NCBI GenBank assembly: GCA_001771935.1
Contig: MERD01000058.1
Span: 17,440-81,439, forward strand
Origin: Betaproteobacteria bacterium RIFCSPLOWO2_02_FULL_67_26
Lineage (GTDB): Bacteria; Pseudomonadota; Gammaproteobacteria; Burkholderiales; SG8-41
Length of the DNA: 64,000 nucleotides
Reading direction: 5' to 3'
Each line of letters starts with the position of its first letter. Position 1 is the first letter of the stretch. The position numbers and the translations under genes are program-made. Below are positions 8,561 to 18,492 of this stretch, piece after piece. The notes below the pieces were generated by a model, which did not search any database, was not told the DNA's origin, and saw nothing but the letters and a program-made list of their open reading frames with translations.

Positions 8561-10252
8561 CTACGCCGGGAACGCGACCCGTTTTTCCTTGAAGAGCCTC
8601 ACGCAAGCATCTACGACGTCGGAATCATAGAGTTTGCCCCGTTGCTGGATGATTTCCGCCAGCGCGGCGTCGATGCCGAGGGCGGGGCGGTAGGGCCGGT
8701 GCGAGGACATCGCCTCGACCACGTCCGCAACTGCCAGGATGCGCGCCTCCAGTGCGATATCGCCGTCCTTCGCGCCGTTCGGGTAGCCTGTCCCGTCCAG
8801 GCGCTCGTGGTGTTGCAGCACCATTTGTGCCACCGGCCACGGAAATTCGATTCCCTTGAGGATGTCGTAGCCGGCCTGCGGATGGGCCTTGATCAGCTCG
8901 AACTCGAGCTTGGACAGCCGTGTCGGTTTCGCCAGGATCTCGGCCGGAACCTGGATCTTGCCGAGGTCGTGGATCAGGGCGCCGAAGTGGATGCCTTCCA
9001 GCGCTTGCGACGCCAGCCCCATTTCCCGCGCGATGGCCGTCGATAGTTCCGCTACGCGGCGCTGGTGGCCCGCGGTGTGGGGATCGCGCGACTCCATGGT
9101 CGCCGTGATCACTCCGATGGTGTTCTCTAGGCTTTGCCGCAGCTTCTCGGCCGCCGTGCGCTGTTCGACACGCGCCCGCAGGTTGGCGATCCCGTAGGCA
9201 AGGTCGCCCGCCAGCTCCTCGAGCAGCTCCAGCTCATTGCCGTTGAATGCATTGGACTCCGTGGCGGCGATGCCGATAGCCCCGAAGGGGCGCTCGCCGG
9301 CCGAAGTACGAAGCGGCAGTCCGATCACGGCTGCGACATTGTTGGCCCGCAGGATCTCGGCCCACGGGCCGTATGTGGCGCCAGCCAGGGGGTTGCGTTG
9401 AAGCTGCGTCTCTCCGAGCCGGATCGCTCGCCCGACCACCGACTGCCCGCGCTCGTTGTCCCCCCATGAGACGGCAGGGTGCAGCAGTGCGCTTCGCTCT
9501 ATGCCGACGCATTCTTTCGGCTCGACCGACTGTCCGGCATCGTCGTTCGCATACCCCACGTATGAAATCGGATAGCCACCGACCTCACACAGAATCCGGG
9601 TCATCTCCTTCAGCAAGCCGTCCTCGTTGGTGGCACGTACCAATGCCTCGTTGCCCGCGCTGAGCGTGCGCAGCGAGCGGTTGAGCCTGCGCAAGGCTTG
9701 TTCCGCGCGCTTGCGCTCGGTGATGTCCTCGAAAATGTGAAGCTCCTGCGCGTAGCGGCCGGAGGAATCGAGGATGTGAAACGATCGCGACGCAAAAGTC
9801 TCGCCGGTGTCCACCGTGAATTCCTCCTCTGGCGGATCCTCGTGTTTGCCGGGACCGGCTTCGACTGCGGCGATGCTGCAACCGTGCAGCGGCCCGTCGC
9901 GCTTCGGGAAGCATTCCCAGTACAGCTTGCCGATGATGTCGCGGAATTCCAGCCCTGCACGCTCGGCGTAGGCGCGATTGCAGCGCAGGACGCGGAAGTC
10001 GGCGTCGTGGACCAGCACCGGGTCGCGCAGCGCGTCGACGGATTGGAGCCACTCCCGATGCGCGTGCTCGATCGCGCGGCGATTCTCCGCCAGGTCCTCG
10101 AGCATGAACAGCAGCGCTTCCCGTGTCCGCGAGTCATCGTCGGGCGACTTCCCGGGTTGGGCGCCCTGACGGTCGCTATGGTCGCGCCGCGGCCCGGTGG
10201 CGGCCTTGAGGTCGAGGAACTCCGAGCGCGTGCCGGCTGTCTTTCCCGCCAT
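8561..10252 (-). CDS. PAS-GAF-HD-GYP protein (putative c-di-GMP phosphodiesterase)
   Basis: It has a PAS domain (VLVHDADFRVLRCNRAYAERAG), a GAF domain, and HD-GYP motifs HDLGK and HHERLDGTGYP. Confidence 0.85.
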   Translation of the reverse strand: MAGKTAGTRSEFLDLKAATGPRRDHSDRQGAQPGKSPDDDSRTREALLFMLEDLAENRRAIEHAHREWLQSVDALRDPVLVHDADFRVLRCNRAYAERAGLEFRDIIGKLYWECFPKRDGPLHGCSIAAVEAGPGKHEDPPEEEFTVDTGETFASRSFHILDSSGRYAQELHIFEDITERKRAEQALRRLNRSLRTLSAGNEALVRATNEDGLLKEMTRILCEVGGYPISYVGYANDDAGQSVEPKECVGIERSALLHPAVSWGDNERGQSVVGRAIRLGETQLQRNPLAGATYGPWAEILRANNVAAVIGLPLRTSAGERPFGAIGIAATESNAFNGNELELLEELAGDLAYGIANLRARVEQRTAAEKLRQSLENTIGVITATMESRDPHTAGHQRRVAELSTAIAREMGLASQALEGIHFGALIHDLGKIQVPAEILAKPTRLSKLEFELIKAHPQAGYDILKGIEFPWPVAQMVLQHHERLDGTGYPNGAKDGDIALEARILAVADVVEAMSSHRPYRPALGIDAALAEIIQQRGKLYDSDVVDACVRLFKEKRVAFPA

Positions 10253-10791
10253 TACGCGTCCTTCCCGCGTGCGGCGAGGCGATCGCGGAGGCGCTGGTTT
10301 TCCTCCTTCAGCGCCTTCATGTGCAGCTCGCGGTCTATAGTTGCCTTCTGAAAGCGGCGCAGCTCGTCGAGCTGCTTGTGCAGCAATTGCTCCGCTTCGC
10401 GCTTCTCGGATTCGATGCGCGCCTCGTCGAGCGCCCGCCCCACTGCGGACGCCAGCCTGGTCAGCCGCTCCTTGAGCACATAGTCGCGCGCTCCCTCGTG
10501 CAACAGTTCCACGGCACGCTCGTCACCGAGGGAGCCCGTTACCACTATCACGGGGATGTCCGGGCGGCGTTCGCGCGCGATCCGTACTGCCGCCAATCCA
10601 TCGAACGCCGGGAGGTTGTAGTCGGCCAGGACGATATCGGGCTCGAATTCCTCCAGCCCGCGTATGAAATCCTCCCGAGTCTCGACCCGGCGCGCCGAAA
10701 ATGCGAGACCATCCTTGTGCAGCCGGTCCTCGATGATCCGGGCGTCGGTCGGACTGTCTTCGAGCTGAAGGATGCGCAATTCGCGTTCCAT
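10252..10791 (-). CDS. Response regulator: receiver domain plus a coiled-coil tail, with no DNA-binding domain
   Basis: Internal ATG at 10791 (MERELRILQLED). The phospho-acceptor context is DIVLADYNLP. The ~55-aa tail is Glu/Arg/Leu-rich. The stop overlaps the next gene's start as TAATG at 10250..10254. Confidence 0.85.
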   Translation of the reverse strand: MERELRILQLEDSPTDARIIEDRLHKDGLAFSARRVETREDFIRGLEEFEPDIVLADYNLPAFDGLAAVRIARERRPDIPVIVVTGSLGDERAVELLHEGARDYVLKERLTRLASAVGRALDEARIESEKREAEQLLHKQLDELRRFQKATIDRELHMKALKEENQRLRDRLAARGKDA

Positions 10792-11286
10792 ATCCGTGTC
10801 CCGTGTCTTGGCGCTGGCCTCACAGCCTACATATCTCTGTGCCGGCGGTATCCAAATAACGCAACGACGCGTGCGCCCTTGGGACGGAACGGCAAGACTC
10901 CAGTCGTGATGTTTGAGCTTGTCGACAGGCGCGCTATGGCGCCTTCTCGCTTGGAGGTAACCGAAGGACAGCCAGGAACATTGCTGCCGATCCACGCCCG
11001 TCGCAATGAGCCGATCATTGTGGATGGTATAGCCGGGCGCGCGCTTGGTACTGATACAGATCAAAGAACGAGCGGCAGCCGATCCGGAAATCTGCTATGT
11101 AACGCCCGAGAGGAAGAAGGGGCAGCGTCGAGGGGGCACGGTCCTGGTGCGCAATGCTTACAGGAGTGTAAGGACACTATCGAAATGGGGGGTGTGCGCC
11201 TGGTGTTTGTGACCGAAAAGGTTTGATTCTTCTTGTGTTTCTCGGGTGCCTTGACTTGGCTACATGCACCCTTGAGTCGGGAGCGG

Positions 11287-14200
11287 TCAGGCAGGTATTG
11301 AGTAGTCCTTCTCGCGGAACAGCCGCAGGCACGCGTCCGCGACCTGAGGGTCGTAGAGCTTTCCGCGGTTTTTCCCGATCTCGTCCAGGGCTTTCTCCAG
11401 GCCCAGGCCCGGGCGGTAGGGGCGGTGCGAGGACATGGCCTCCACGACGTCGGCGACGGCGAGGATGCGCGCCTCGAGGATGATCGCGTCGCCTTTCAGG
11501 CCGCGCGGATAGCCCGAGCCGTCGAGGCGCTCGTGATGCTGCCACGCGGTTTCGGCGACAGGCCATGGAAAGGGCACCGTCCTGAGGATCTCGTAGCTTT
11601 GCTGGGCGTGGTCCTTGACCAGCTCGAATTCCGCCTTCGTCAGCCGCGACGGCTTGGAGAGGATCTCGGCCGGCACGCCGATCTTGCCCACGTCGTGCAG
11701 GTAGCCGGTGATGCGGATGCCTTCCACCCGGCTCTCCTCCAGCCCCATTTCCGTCGCGATCGCCGCGGAGATTTCCCCGACACGCCGTTCGTGGCCGCGC
11801 GTGTAGGGGTCGCGCAACTCGCCGATCGTGGTCACGACGCTGATCGTGCTCTGCATCGCCTGCTCGAGCCGGGCGACGTAGCGCTTGATTTCCTCCTCGG
11901 CGCGGGCCTTCTCCGTGATGTCCTGAGCGATCGCGATGATCGCCGGCTTGCCCTCGAACGAAGCCAGCTTCGCGTGCACGCCCAGCGAGAACGGCGTGCC
12001 GTCCTTGCGCACGGCACCGATCGTGTACGCCGCCTCCGGCTCGATACCCAGCCGCCGCGTGAGCTGCTCAGTCACCTGGGCGCGCTCCGATTCCTGGACG
12101 TGTGCCAGCGGATCGGGATCAAAGGGCTCGTCCGGCCCGTAGCCGAAGATCTCCCGCATGCGCGGGTTGACGTACACGACGCGGTTGTCCTGGATCACGT
12201 AAACCGCCGCGATCGACTGCTCGAGCACCGCGCGGAACCGCGCCTCGCTCTCGCGCAGCGCCGCGTCGGCCTTCTTGTGCTCGGTGACGTCGCGATAGAT
12301 GATCGACACGGCCGTCACGTCGCCCCTGGCGTCACGGATTGCCGAGAACGTTGTCGAGGTGTCGATGCGCGATCCGTCCTTGCGGCGGTGCGTGGATTCG
12401 ACCGCCCCGACGGCCTTGCCGGCGACGACGCGCTCGATGATCGGCCGCACCTCCCCGCGGCGCTCCGGGGGCACGATGATGGTGATCGGCTGTCCCATGG
12501 CTTCCTGCTCGGACCATCCGAACATGCGCTCGGCGGCGGCGTTCCACGTCAGGATATTGCCGTCCATGCCGCGGCTGATAATGGCGTCGCTGCTCGACTC
12601 CACGATGGCGGCGAGCCGGATTTGCGCCTGCTCGGCCCTGATTCTCTCGGAAATGTCGCGGAATACGAGCGAGATGCCGGTGACCTCCCCGTTAGCGTTC
12701 CTTATCGCGGAATGGGTCAGCGAAACGTCGACGCGCCGTCCATCCTTGGTGAGCCGCACCGTATCGTAGGTGGGAACGCCGGCGCCCCGGGCCAGCAATT
12801 CGCGATTGCGGACGGATTCCTCCTCCCGCTCCGGCGGAATCAGGAGGGAGACGCTGCGGCCGATCGCTTCCTCCGCCTTCCAGCCAAACAGGCGCTCGGC
12901 CGCGGGGTTCCAGCTACGGATGGTGCGATCGAGACCGCGGCTGACGATGGCGTCGTTCGAGTGCTCGACGATCGCCGCGAGCTGAGCGATGGCGTCTTCG
13001 GTCCGCTTGCGCGCGGTGATATCGCGGAAGTACCAGACCCGCCCGTAGTATTTGCCGTCAGGGCCAATCACGGGCGAGGAATACCGGTCCACGATCCTGC
13101 CGTCCCTGGTGTGGACCTCGTCGTAGCTCTTTTCCTCCCGGTGCTCGTAGAGGTACCGGACCTTCGCAAGGAATGCATCGGGGTCCTGCATCTGGCTGAC
13201 GGCGTGCCGGAGTACGGGCTCATCTTCGCCCGCGCGGACCAGTTCCTCCGGGATGCTCAACAATTCGACGAACTTCCGGTTGTAGGTGACGATCCGCGCG
13301 TTCTCGTCAACCACCAGGATGGCATCGGGGGAGGTCTCCTGCTGGGTCGAGAGCACGATATTCTTGTATTCGACTTCCCGCTGCGCGCGCTCGCGTTCCC
13401 GGTTGCTGGCAAGGACGTCGAGCGAGAACGACACGTCCTGCGCCATTTCCTCGAGCAGGGCCGCGATCTCCGCGTCGAAATACCCCACGGTATTCGAATA
13501 AACGGACAGGACAGCCACGACCTCACCGCCTCGGCGCAACGGGAAGGCGCAGCAGGCCCGGATATTCGCGGCGCGCGCGATCTCGTGCCACGGTGCATTG
13601 CGGGCATTCCCGAGAAAGTCGTTGGAAATGACCGCGTGCCCTTCGCGAACCGCGGTGCCGGCCGGTCCGCGTCCTTCCGGCACATCGTGGGACGACATCT
13701 TGAGCCGACCGAGGTGTTCGAGCCCGGCGGGCCCGCCGGCCGAAGTCAGGGGAAAAATGGCGCCGGAAGCCGGGTCGGGAACGCCGATCCAGGCGAGAAC
13801 GAATCCCGTATGCCGCACGGCGATGGCGCATATGTCCGCAAAGAGCGCATCCTCGCCCGCGGCGTGAACGATTGCCCGGTTCACGTCGCTCAAGGCATTC
13901 CGCAGTTGCGTCAGGCGCGCAATGCGAGCCTCGGACTGCTTGCGCTCGGTGACGTCCAGGATCATGCCGATGACGGCGGGGCTCCCCTGATACGAGATTG
14001 ACCGCCCGTGCACTTCCACATCGACCGGCGCGCCGTCGCGCCGCATCCCGACGAAGCCGTAACGCATCTCCGGTATCTCGCCCGCGAGGCGCCGCCGCAG
14101 GTTTTCCATTACGAGCTGGCGATGCTCCGGGGCCACGAGATCCTCGATCGCGAGCCGGTCGACGATTTCCCCGGGAGAAACGTAGCCGAAGATCTCGGCG

Positions 14201-15963
14201 AAACGGGGGTTGACGTAGCGGAAGCGATTGCCCTGTATCAGGTAGATCCCGGCGAGGGATTGCTCGACCAGGCCGCGGTAACGTCCTTCGCTCTGGCGCA
14301 GGGTCTCCTCCGCGCGTTTGCGCTCGGTGATGTCGCGCGCGATGCCCTGCACGTAGCGCCTGCCTTCGACCTCGATGGCCCGGTTGCTGATCTCGACCGG
14401 AAAAACCGAGCCGTCCCTGCGCCGGTGCTCGGTCTCGAAGATCATGCCTTTGTCCTGCCCGAGGATGCTGTGCCGTTCGTCGTCGGTGACCTCATGTCCG
14501 GGTGCCCGGAGATCGAAGACGGGGCGACCGATCAGCTCCTCGCGCGACCACTGGTACATCTCCATGATTCGGTCGTTTACCTCGACGATGCGACCGGCTT
14601 CGTCGATGAGGAAAATGAAATCGTTGGCATACTTTGAGAGGTAGTCGAAGTGCCTGACGAGCGCCTCGCGCTCGGCCGCCTCCGCGTGCTCGTGCGCGGC
14701 CGTCAACTGCATTTGCTGGCGCCACAGATACGCAACACCGGCAGTCGCGATCAGCATCATGCCGAGTATGAATACGATCCAGATTACGGCGCTCTCGCGC
14801 ACCGGCGCGAGCGCTTCGTTCTTGTCGACCTTGGCGACGAGGTGCCAATCGGTCCCGGCGATCCGGCGCGCCGCGGCGACCACCTCCACGCCGCGGTAGT
14901 CCCTGCCGTCAGCGAGCATAGTCGTTGGCGCGCTCAACGCCTTGACGGCGGGAAGCCTGACCTCACTGAGGGGCCGGCGCAGGCGGAAGGCGGTGTCCTT
15001 CCCGTGCCGGGTGTCGTTCAGGAACAGCACATCTTCGCCGTCCCTGCGCACCAGCAGTGTCTCCGCCGTCGGGCTCGGGGTCGGCCACTGCTGGATCAGG
15101 CGGAACATCCGAGTGCGCGCGTTCTGGCGCAGCACGAGCGCGCCGACGATCCACGTGTCCTTGGAGGTGCCCTGAAGCGGCATGATGTAATCGAGGAGGA
15201 CGGGCTCGCCGGGCAGCTGGTCGTCGCGATGCAGGAAATGGAACTCCACTTCCCCGCTCCCCAGGGAACGCGACACCCGATCGGACATCGTCGGGGACAC
15301 CTGCATCAGGGATCGGTCGGAGGCGGATCCGGCGACAACTTGCCCGTCGGCGTCGATCACCAGCGCGGCGTCGATCCCCAGGTCGCGCTGGAGGTCTTCG
15401 ACCCGGCTGCTGATCGCGGCCACCATTGCTGCATCGGGGCGCTGCGCGAGACGCGTCAGGTCGTCGCGCAGGCCGCGTGCACGGCCATACGAGGTCGCCG
15501 TGCCTCGCATCAGATCCAGCAGCAATTCGATCTGACCGGCCTTCAACTCCAGTATCGCGCGCAGGTCGTTGCGCTCCTCCTCGCGGCGCTCGCCGCTCTG
15601 TTGCAGCGAAGTTGCGAGAATGACCGCGATCGCCGCGACGGCCACGATCCCGAACACGGCGGCGGGGTGCAGCCTGCGCGGATGCGCACCGGCCCGGAGC
15701 GTGGACGGCAGGGACGCCGGGGAAGCCGGCAGAGATTGTGAGACGAGCAGGTAAAGCAGCATCGTCGTGACGACGACGAACAGGCCGCCTTTGGCGAGCG
15801 AGCCGCCGGCGAAACCCGGGAGATCCTTGGTTAATTCAAAAAGCGCGAGATCGGAGAAGACGATCCAGGCCGCGGCAAACAGGAAATACGCGCCGGCAAT
15901 CCGCCGGGATACGCGTCGGCGAACATCAGTTAGTGCGGGATTGCGGCCTTCCCGCGGAGCCAT
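11287..15963 (-). CDS. 1558-aa membrane sensor: periplasmic Cache-like region, multiple PAS domains, GAF, and a C-terminal HD-GYP
   Basis: Four hydrophobic segments flank a ~260-aa extracytoplasmic region. There are about six PAS repeats (for example AIVSRGLDRTIRSWNPAAERLFGW) and one GAF. HD-GYP motifs are HDVGK and HHERLDGSGYP. Confidence 0.85.
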   Translation of the reverse strand: MAPREGRNPALTDVRRRVSRRIAGAYFLFAAAWIVFSDLALFELTKDLPGFAGGSLAKGGLFVVVTTMLLYLLVSQSLPASPASLPSTLRAGAHPRRLHPAAVFGIVAVAAIAVILATSLQQSGERREEERNDLRAILELKAGQIELLLDLMRGTATSYGRARGLRDDLTRLAQRPDAAMVAAISSRVEDLQRDLGIDAALVIDADGQVVAGSASDRSLMQVSPTMSDRVSRSLGSGEVEFHFLHRDDQLPGEPVLLDYIMPLQGTSKDTWIVGALVLRQNARTRMFRLIQQWPTPSPTAETLLVRRDGEDVLFLNDTRHGKDTAFRLRRPLSEVRLPAVKALSAPTTMLADGRDYRGVEVVAAARRIAGTDWHLVAKVDKNEALAPVRESAVIWIVFILGMMLIATAGVAYLWRQQMQLTAAHEHAEAAEREALVRHFDYLSKYANDFIFLIDEAGRIVEVNDRIMEMYQWSREELIGRPVFDLRAPGHEVTDDERHSILGQDKGMIFETEHRRRDGSVFPVEISNRAIEVEGRRYVQGIARDITERKRAEETLRQSEGRYRGLVEQSLAGIYLIQGNRFRYVNPRFAEIFGYVSPGEIVDRLAIEDLVAPEHRQLVMENLRRRLAGEIPEMRYGFVGMRRDGAPVDVEVHGRSISYQGSPAVIGMILDVTERKQSEARIARLTQLRNALSDVNRAIVHAAGEDALFADICAIAVRHTGFVLAWIGVPDPASGAIFPLTSAGGPAGLEHLGRLKMSSHDVPEGRGPAGTAVREGHAVISNDFLGNARNAPWHEIARAANIRACCAFPLRRGGEVVAVLSVYSNTVGYFDAEIAALLEEMAQDVSFSLDVLASNRERERAQREVEYKNIVLSTQQETSPDAILVVDENARIVTYNRKFVELLSIPEELVRAGEDEPVLRHAVSQMQDPDAFLAKVRYLYEHREEKSYDEVHTRDGRIVDRYSSPVIGPDGKYYGRVWYFRDITARKRTEDAIAQLAAIVEHSNDAIVSRGLDRTIRSWNPAAERLFGWKAEEAIGRSVSLLIPPEREEESVRNRELLARGAGVPTYDTVRLTKDGRRVDVSLTHSAIRNANGEVTGISLVFRDISERIRAEQAQIRLAAIVESSSDAIISRGMDGNILTWNAAAERMFGWSEQEAMGQPITIIVPPERRGEVRPIIERVVAGKAVGAVESTHRRKDGSRIDTSTTFSAIRDARGDVTAVSIIYRDVTEHKKADAALRESEARFRAVLEQSIAAVYVIQDNRVVYVNPRMREIFGYGPDEPFDPDPLAHVQESERAQVTEQLTRRLGIEPEAAYTIGAVRKDGTPFSLGVHAKLASFEGKPAIIAIAQDITEKARAEEEIKRYVARLEQAMQSTISVVTTIGELRDPYTRGHERRVGEISAAIATEMGLEESRVEGIRITGYLHDVGKIGVPAEILSKPSRLTKAEFELVKDHAQQSYEILRTVPFPWPVAETAWQHHERLDGSGYPRGLKGDAIILEARILAVADVVEAMSSHRPYRPGLGLEKALDEIGKNRGKLYDPQVADACLRLFREKDYSIPA

Positions 15964-16107
15964 GCAGATCTCCCTGGCAAAGGGGGTGAGGGCAAATCAG
16001 GTTACCACTATATGGACTCCCATAGAGCCCAATCCAGGGATGCCCATCGGGGACACAACGCAGACGAGCCTATTGCAGAACGCCGCCGCCGCGCTGTCAG
16101 GAAAACC

Positions 16108-16180
16108 CTACAAACCAAGCCGTTGCCAGATGGTGGTGGTGAGCCCGGCCTGGTTGAGGGTGTAGAAGTGCAGGCCCGGG
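16108..16180 (-). repeat. Direct-repeat copy B (the 3' end of the intact metF)
   Basis: It matches 5013..5084, with a 47-nt perfect core at 16124..16170. The stop here is TAG, against TGA in copy A. Confidence 0.85.
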
Positions 16181-16953
16181 GCGCCGGCCGAGAGCAGGTC
16201 GTCGCACAGGCGCGTCACGACGTCGAGCCCGTACGAGCGGATCGCGGCGGTGTCGTCGCGGAAGCTCTCCATCTTGAAGCGCAGCCAGCGCGGAATCTCG
16301 GCGCCGCACGCGTCCGAGAAGCGCGCGAGCTGGGCGAAGTTGCCGATCGGCATCACGCCGGGGACGATGGGAATGGTGATGCCCGCCGCCTCGCAGTCGT
16401 CCACGAAGCGGAAGTAGGCGTCGGCGTTGTAGAAGTACTGGGTGATCGCGGAGTTGGCGCCGGCATCCACCTTGCGCTTGAAGTTCCGGATTTCGTCGGC
16501 CGCCGAGCGCGTCTGGGGGTGGTATTCCGGGTAGCAGGCGACCTCGATGTGGAACCAGTCTCCCGTGGTCTCGCGAATCAAGGCGACCAGCTCGTTGGCG
16601 TAGCGCAGCTCGCCGATCGCGGCGAGCCCCGAGGGCAGGTCGCCGCGCAGCGCGACGACGTGGCGGATGCCGTGCGACTGGTATTTTTCGAGCTGGACTC
16701 CCAGGTCGGCGCGCGAGGAGGCGACGCAGGAGATGTGCGGCGCCGCCTCGAACCCGGCCGCCCGGATTTCGAGCACCGTATCCAGCGTGCCCTCGCGCGT
16801 GGAACCCCCGGCGCCGAACGTGCACGAGAAGAACTTCGGCTTCAGCTGCCCGAGCTGCTTCCACGTCGCGCGCAGCTTCTGCTTTCCCTCCGCCGTTTTC
16901 GGCGGAAAGAACTCGAAGCTGAACGTGCGCGGGTGCTTCCTTTGCGACTCCAT
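16108..16953 (-). CDS. metF: 5,10-methylenetetrahydrofolate reductase
   Basis: FSFEFFPPKT at the N-terminus, TFGAGGSTR, and full-length similarity to MetF. It lies 15 nt downstream of ahcY. Confidence 0.95.
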   Translation of the reverse strand: MESQRKHPRTFSFEFFPPKTAEGKQKLRATWKQLGQLKPKFFSCTFGAGGSTREGTLDTVLEIRAAGFEAAPHISCVASSRADLGVQLEKYQSHGIRHVVALRGDLPSGLAAIGELRYANELVALIRETTGDWFHIEVACYPEYHPQTRSAADEIRNFKRKVDAGANSAITQYFYNADAYFRFVDDCEAAGITIPIVPGVMPIGNFAQLARFSDACGAEIPRWLRFKMESFRDDTAAIRSYGLDVVTRLCDDLLSAGAPGLHFYTLNQAGLTTTIWQRLGL

Positions 16954-16968
16954 ACCGGGGCGGCGGGA

Positions 16969-18384
16969 CTAGTAACGATAGTATTCAGGTTTGTAAGGGC
17001 CGTCGATGTCCACCCCGATGTAGCGGCACTGCTCCTCCGACAGGACCGTCAGGTCGGCGCCGAGCTTCTTCAGGTGCAGGCGCGCGACGCGCTCGTCGAG
17101 CTGCTTGGGCAGCACGTAGACCTTCTTTCCGTATTTTCCGGTGTTGCCGAAGAGCTCGATCTGCGCCAGCACCTGGTTGGTGAAGGAATTCGACATGACG
17201 AAGCTCGGGTGCCCGGTGGCGCAGCCGAGGTTCACCAGCCGCCCTTCCGCGAGCACGATCAGCCGCTTGCCGTCGGGGAAGATCACGTGATCCACCTGCG
17301 GCTTGATGTTCTCCCACCGGTGCTGCTTCAGGCCCGCGATGTCGATCTCCGAGTCGAAATGACCGATGTTGCAGACGATGGCGTTGTTCTTCATGCGCTT
17401 CATGTGCTCCAGCGTGACGACGCGCAGGTTGCCGGTGGCGGTAACGAAGATGTCCGCCTTGTCGGCGGCGTAGTCCATGGTCACCACCCGGTAGCCTTCC
17501 ATCGCCGCCTGCAGCGCGCAGATCGGGTCGATCTCGGTGACCCATACGGCCGCGCCGAGCCCGCGCAGCGACTGCGCGCAGCCCTTGCCGACGTCGCCGT
17601 AGCCGGCGATCAACGCGACCTTGCCCGCGATCATCACGTCGGTCGCGCGCTTGATGCCGTCCACCAGCGATTCGCGGCAGCCGTAGAGGTTGTCGAACTT
17701 CGACTTGGTCACCGAATCGTTGACGTTGATCGCGGGGAACGGCAGCCGCCCCTCCTTCTCCATCTGGTACAGGCGGTGCACGCCGGTGGTGGTCTCCTCG
17801 GTCACGCCCTTGATGCCCGCCTGGATGCGCGAATAGAAGCCGGGTTTTTCCTTGAGGCGCTTCTGGATTGCGCTGTAGAGGACCGTTTCCTCCTCGTTGG
17901 CCGGGCGGGACACGAGCGACGCGTCCTGTTCCGCCCGCGCGCCGAGCGTGACGAGCAGCGTCGCGTCGCCGCCGTCGTCGAGGATCATGTTGGGCGCGCC
18001 GCCTTCGTTTCCGCCGCCCGGCCATTCGAGGATGCGGTGCGTATAGTCCCAGTACTCCTCGAGGCTCTCGCCCTTGTAGGCGAATACCGGCACGCCGGCG
18101 GCGGCGATCGCGGCGGCGGCGTGGTCCTGGGTCGAGAAGATGTTGCACGAGGCCCAGCGCACGTCCGCCCCCAGCTTGACGAGCGTCTCGATCAGCACCG
18201 CGGTCTGGATCGTCATGTGCAGCGACCCGGCGATGCGCGCGCCCTTCAGCGGCTGCTTGCCCTTGTATTCCTCGCGCACCGCCATCAGGCCGGGCATCTC
18301 GGTCTCGGCGATGGCGATTTCCTTGCGGCCGAAATCCGCCTGCTTGATGTCGGCGACGTGGTAGTCCTTCGTTTTCGCGTTCAT
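16969..18384 (-). CDS. ahcY: Adenosylhomocysteinase
   Basis: The N-terminus [28 protein letters not shown] and the NAD-binding motif GYGDVGKG match a full-length SAH hydrolase. Confidence 0.95.
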   Translation of the reverse strand: MNAKTKDYHVADIKQADFGRKEIAIAETEMPGLMAVREEYKGKQPLKGARIAGSLHMTIQTAVLIETLVKLGADVRWASCNIFSTQDHAAAAIAAAGVPVFAYKGESLEEYWDYTHRILEWPGGGNEGGAPNMILDDGGDATLLVTLGARAEQDASLVSRPANEEETVLYSAIQKRLKEKPGFYSRIQAGIKGVTEETTTGVHRLYQMEKEGRLPFPAINVNDSVTKSKFDNLYGCRESLVDGIKRATDVMIAGKVALIAGYGDVGKGCAQSLRGLGAAVWVTEIDPICALQAAMEGYRVVTMDYAADKADIFVTATGNLRVVTLEHMKRMKNNAIVCNIGHFDSEIDIAGLKQHRWENIKPQVDHVIFPDGKRLIVLAEGRLVNLGCATGHPSFVMSNSFTNQVLAQIELFGNTGKYGKKVYVLPKQLDERVARLHLKKLGADLTVLSEEQCRYIGVDIDGPYKPEYYRY

Positions 18385-18423
18385 CAGTTCATGTCCTCAA
18401 AAAGCAAAGCGCCCGCACCGTTT

Positions 18424-18492
18424 CCGATGCGAGCGCCGTTTGATTTTGCTGAGCCTGGCCGGGCGTTCCCGGTCGCAGCGCTCCTCAGCGGG
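18424..18492 (-). promoter_or_regulatory. SAH riboswitch in the ahcY 5' leader
   Basis: The minus strand reads CTGAGGAGCGCTGCGACCGGGAACGCCCGGCCAGGCTCAGCAAAATCAAACGGCGCTCGC. This matches the conserved SAH-riboswitch cores GAGGAGCGCUGCGACC, CAGGCUC and AACGGCGCUC. A TATAAT box lies just upstream at 18498..18503. Confidence 0.8.

Larger units (their letters stand above)
5085..16107. mobile_element. Putative genomic island or insertion bracketed by the duplicated metF 3' end; the cargo is c-di-GMP signalling genes and no integrase was seen
   Basis: Direct repeats lie at 5013..5084 and 16108..16180. All six genes between them are on the minus strand and are signalling or envelope proteins. No recombinase or transposase is recognisable. 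Confidence 0.35.

Noticed and set aside
11425-14001. An 858-aa plus-strand ORF lies opposite the large PAS/HD-GYP sensor. Similar giant ORFs occur at 16012..18504 and 34568..37417.
   Set aside because: All are antisense to clearly identifiable genes (sensor, metF/ahcY, mrdA/mreD/rodA). They are low-complexity RxxR/HxxR-type sequences, which are a high-GC artefact.
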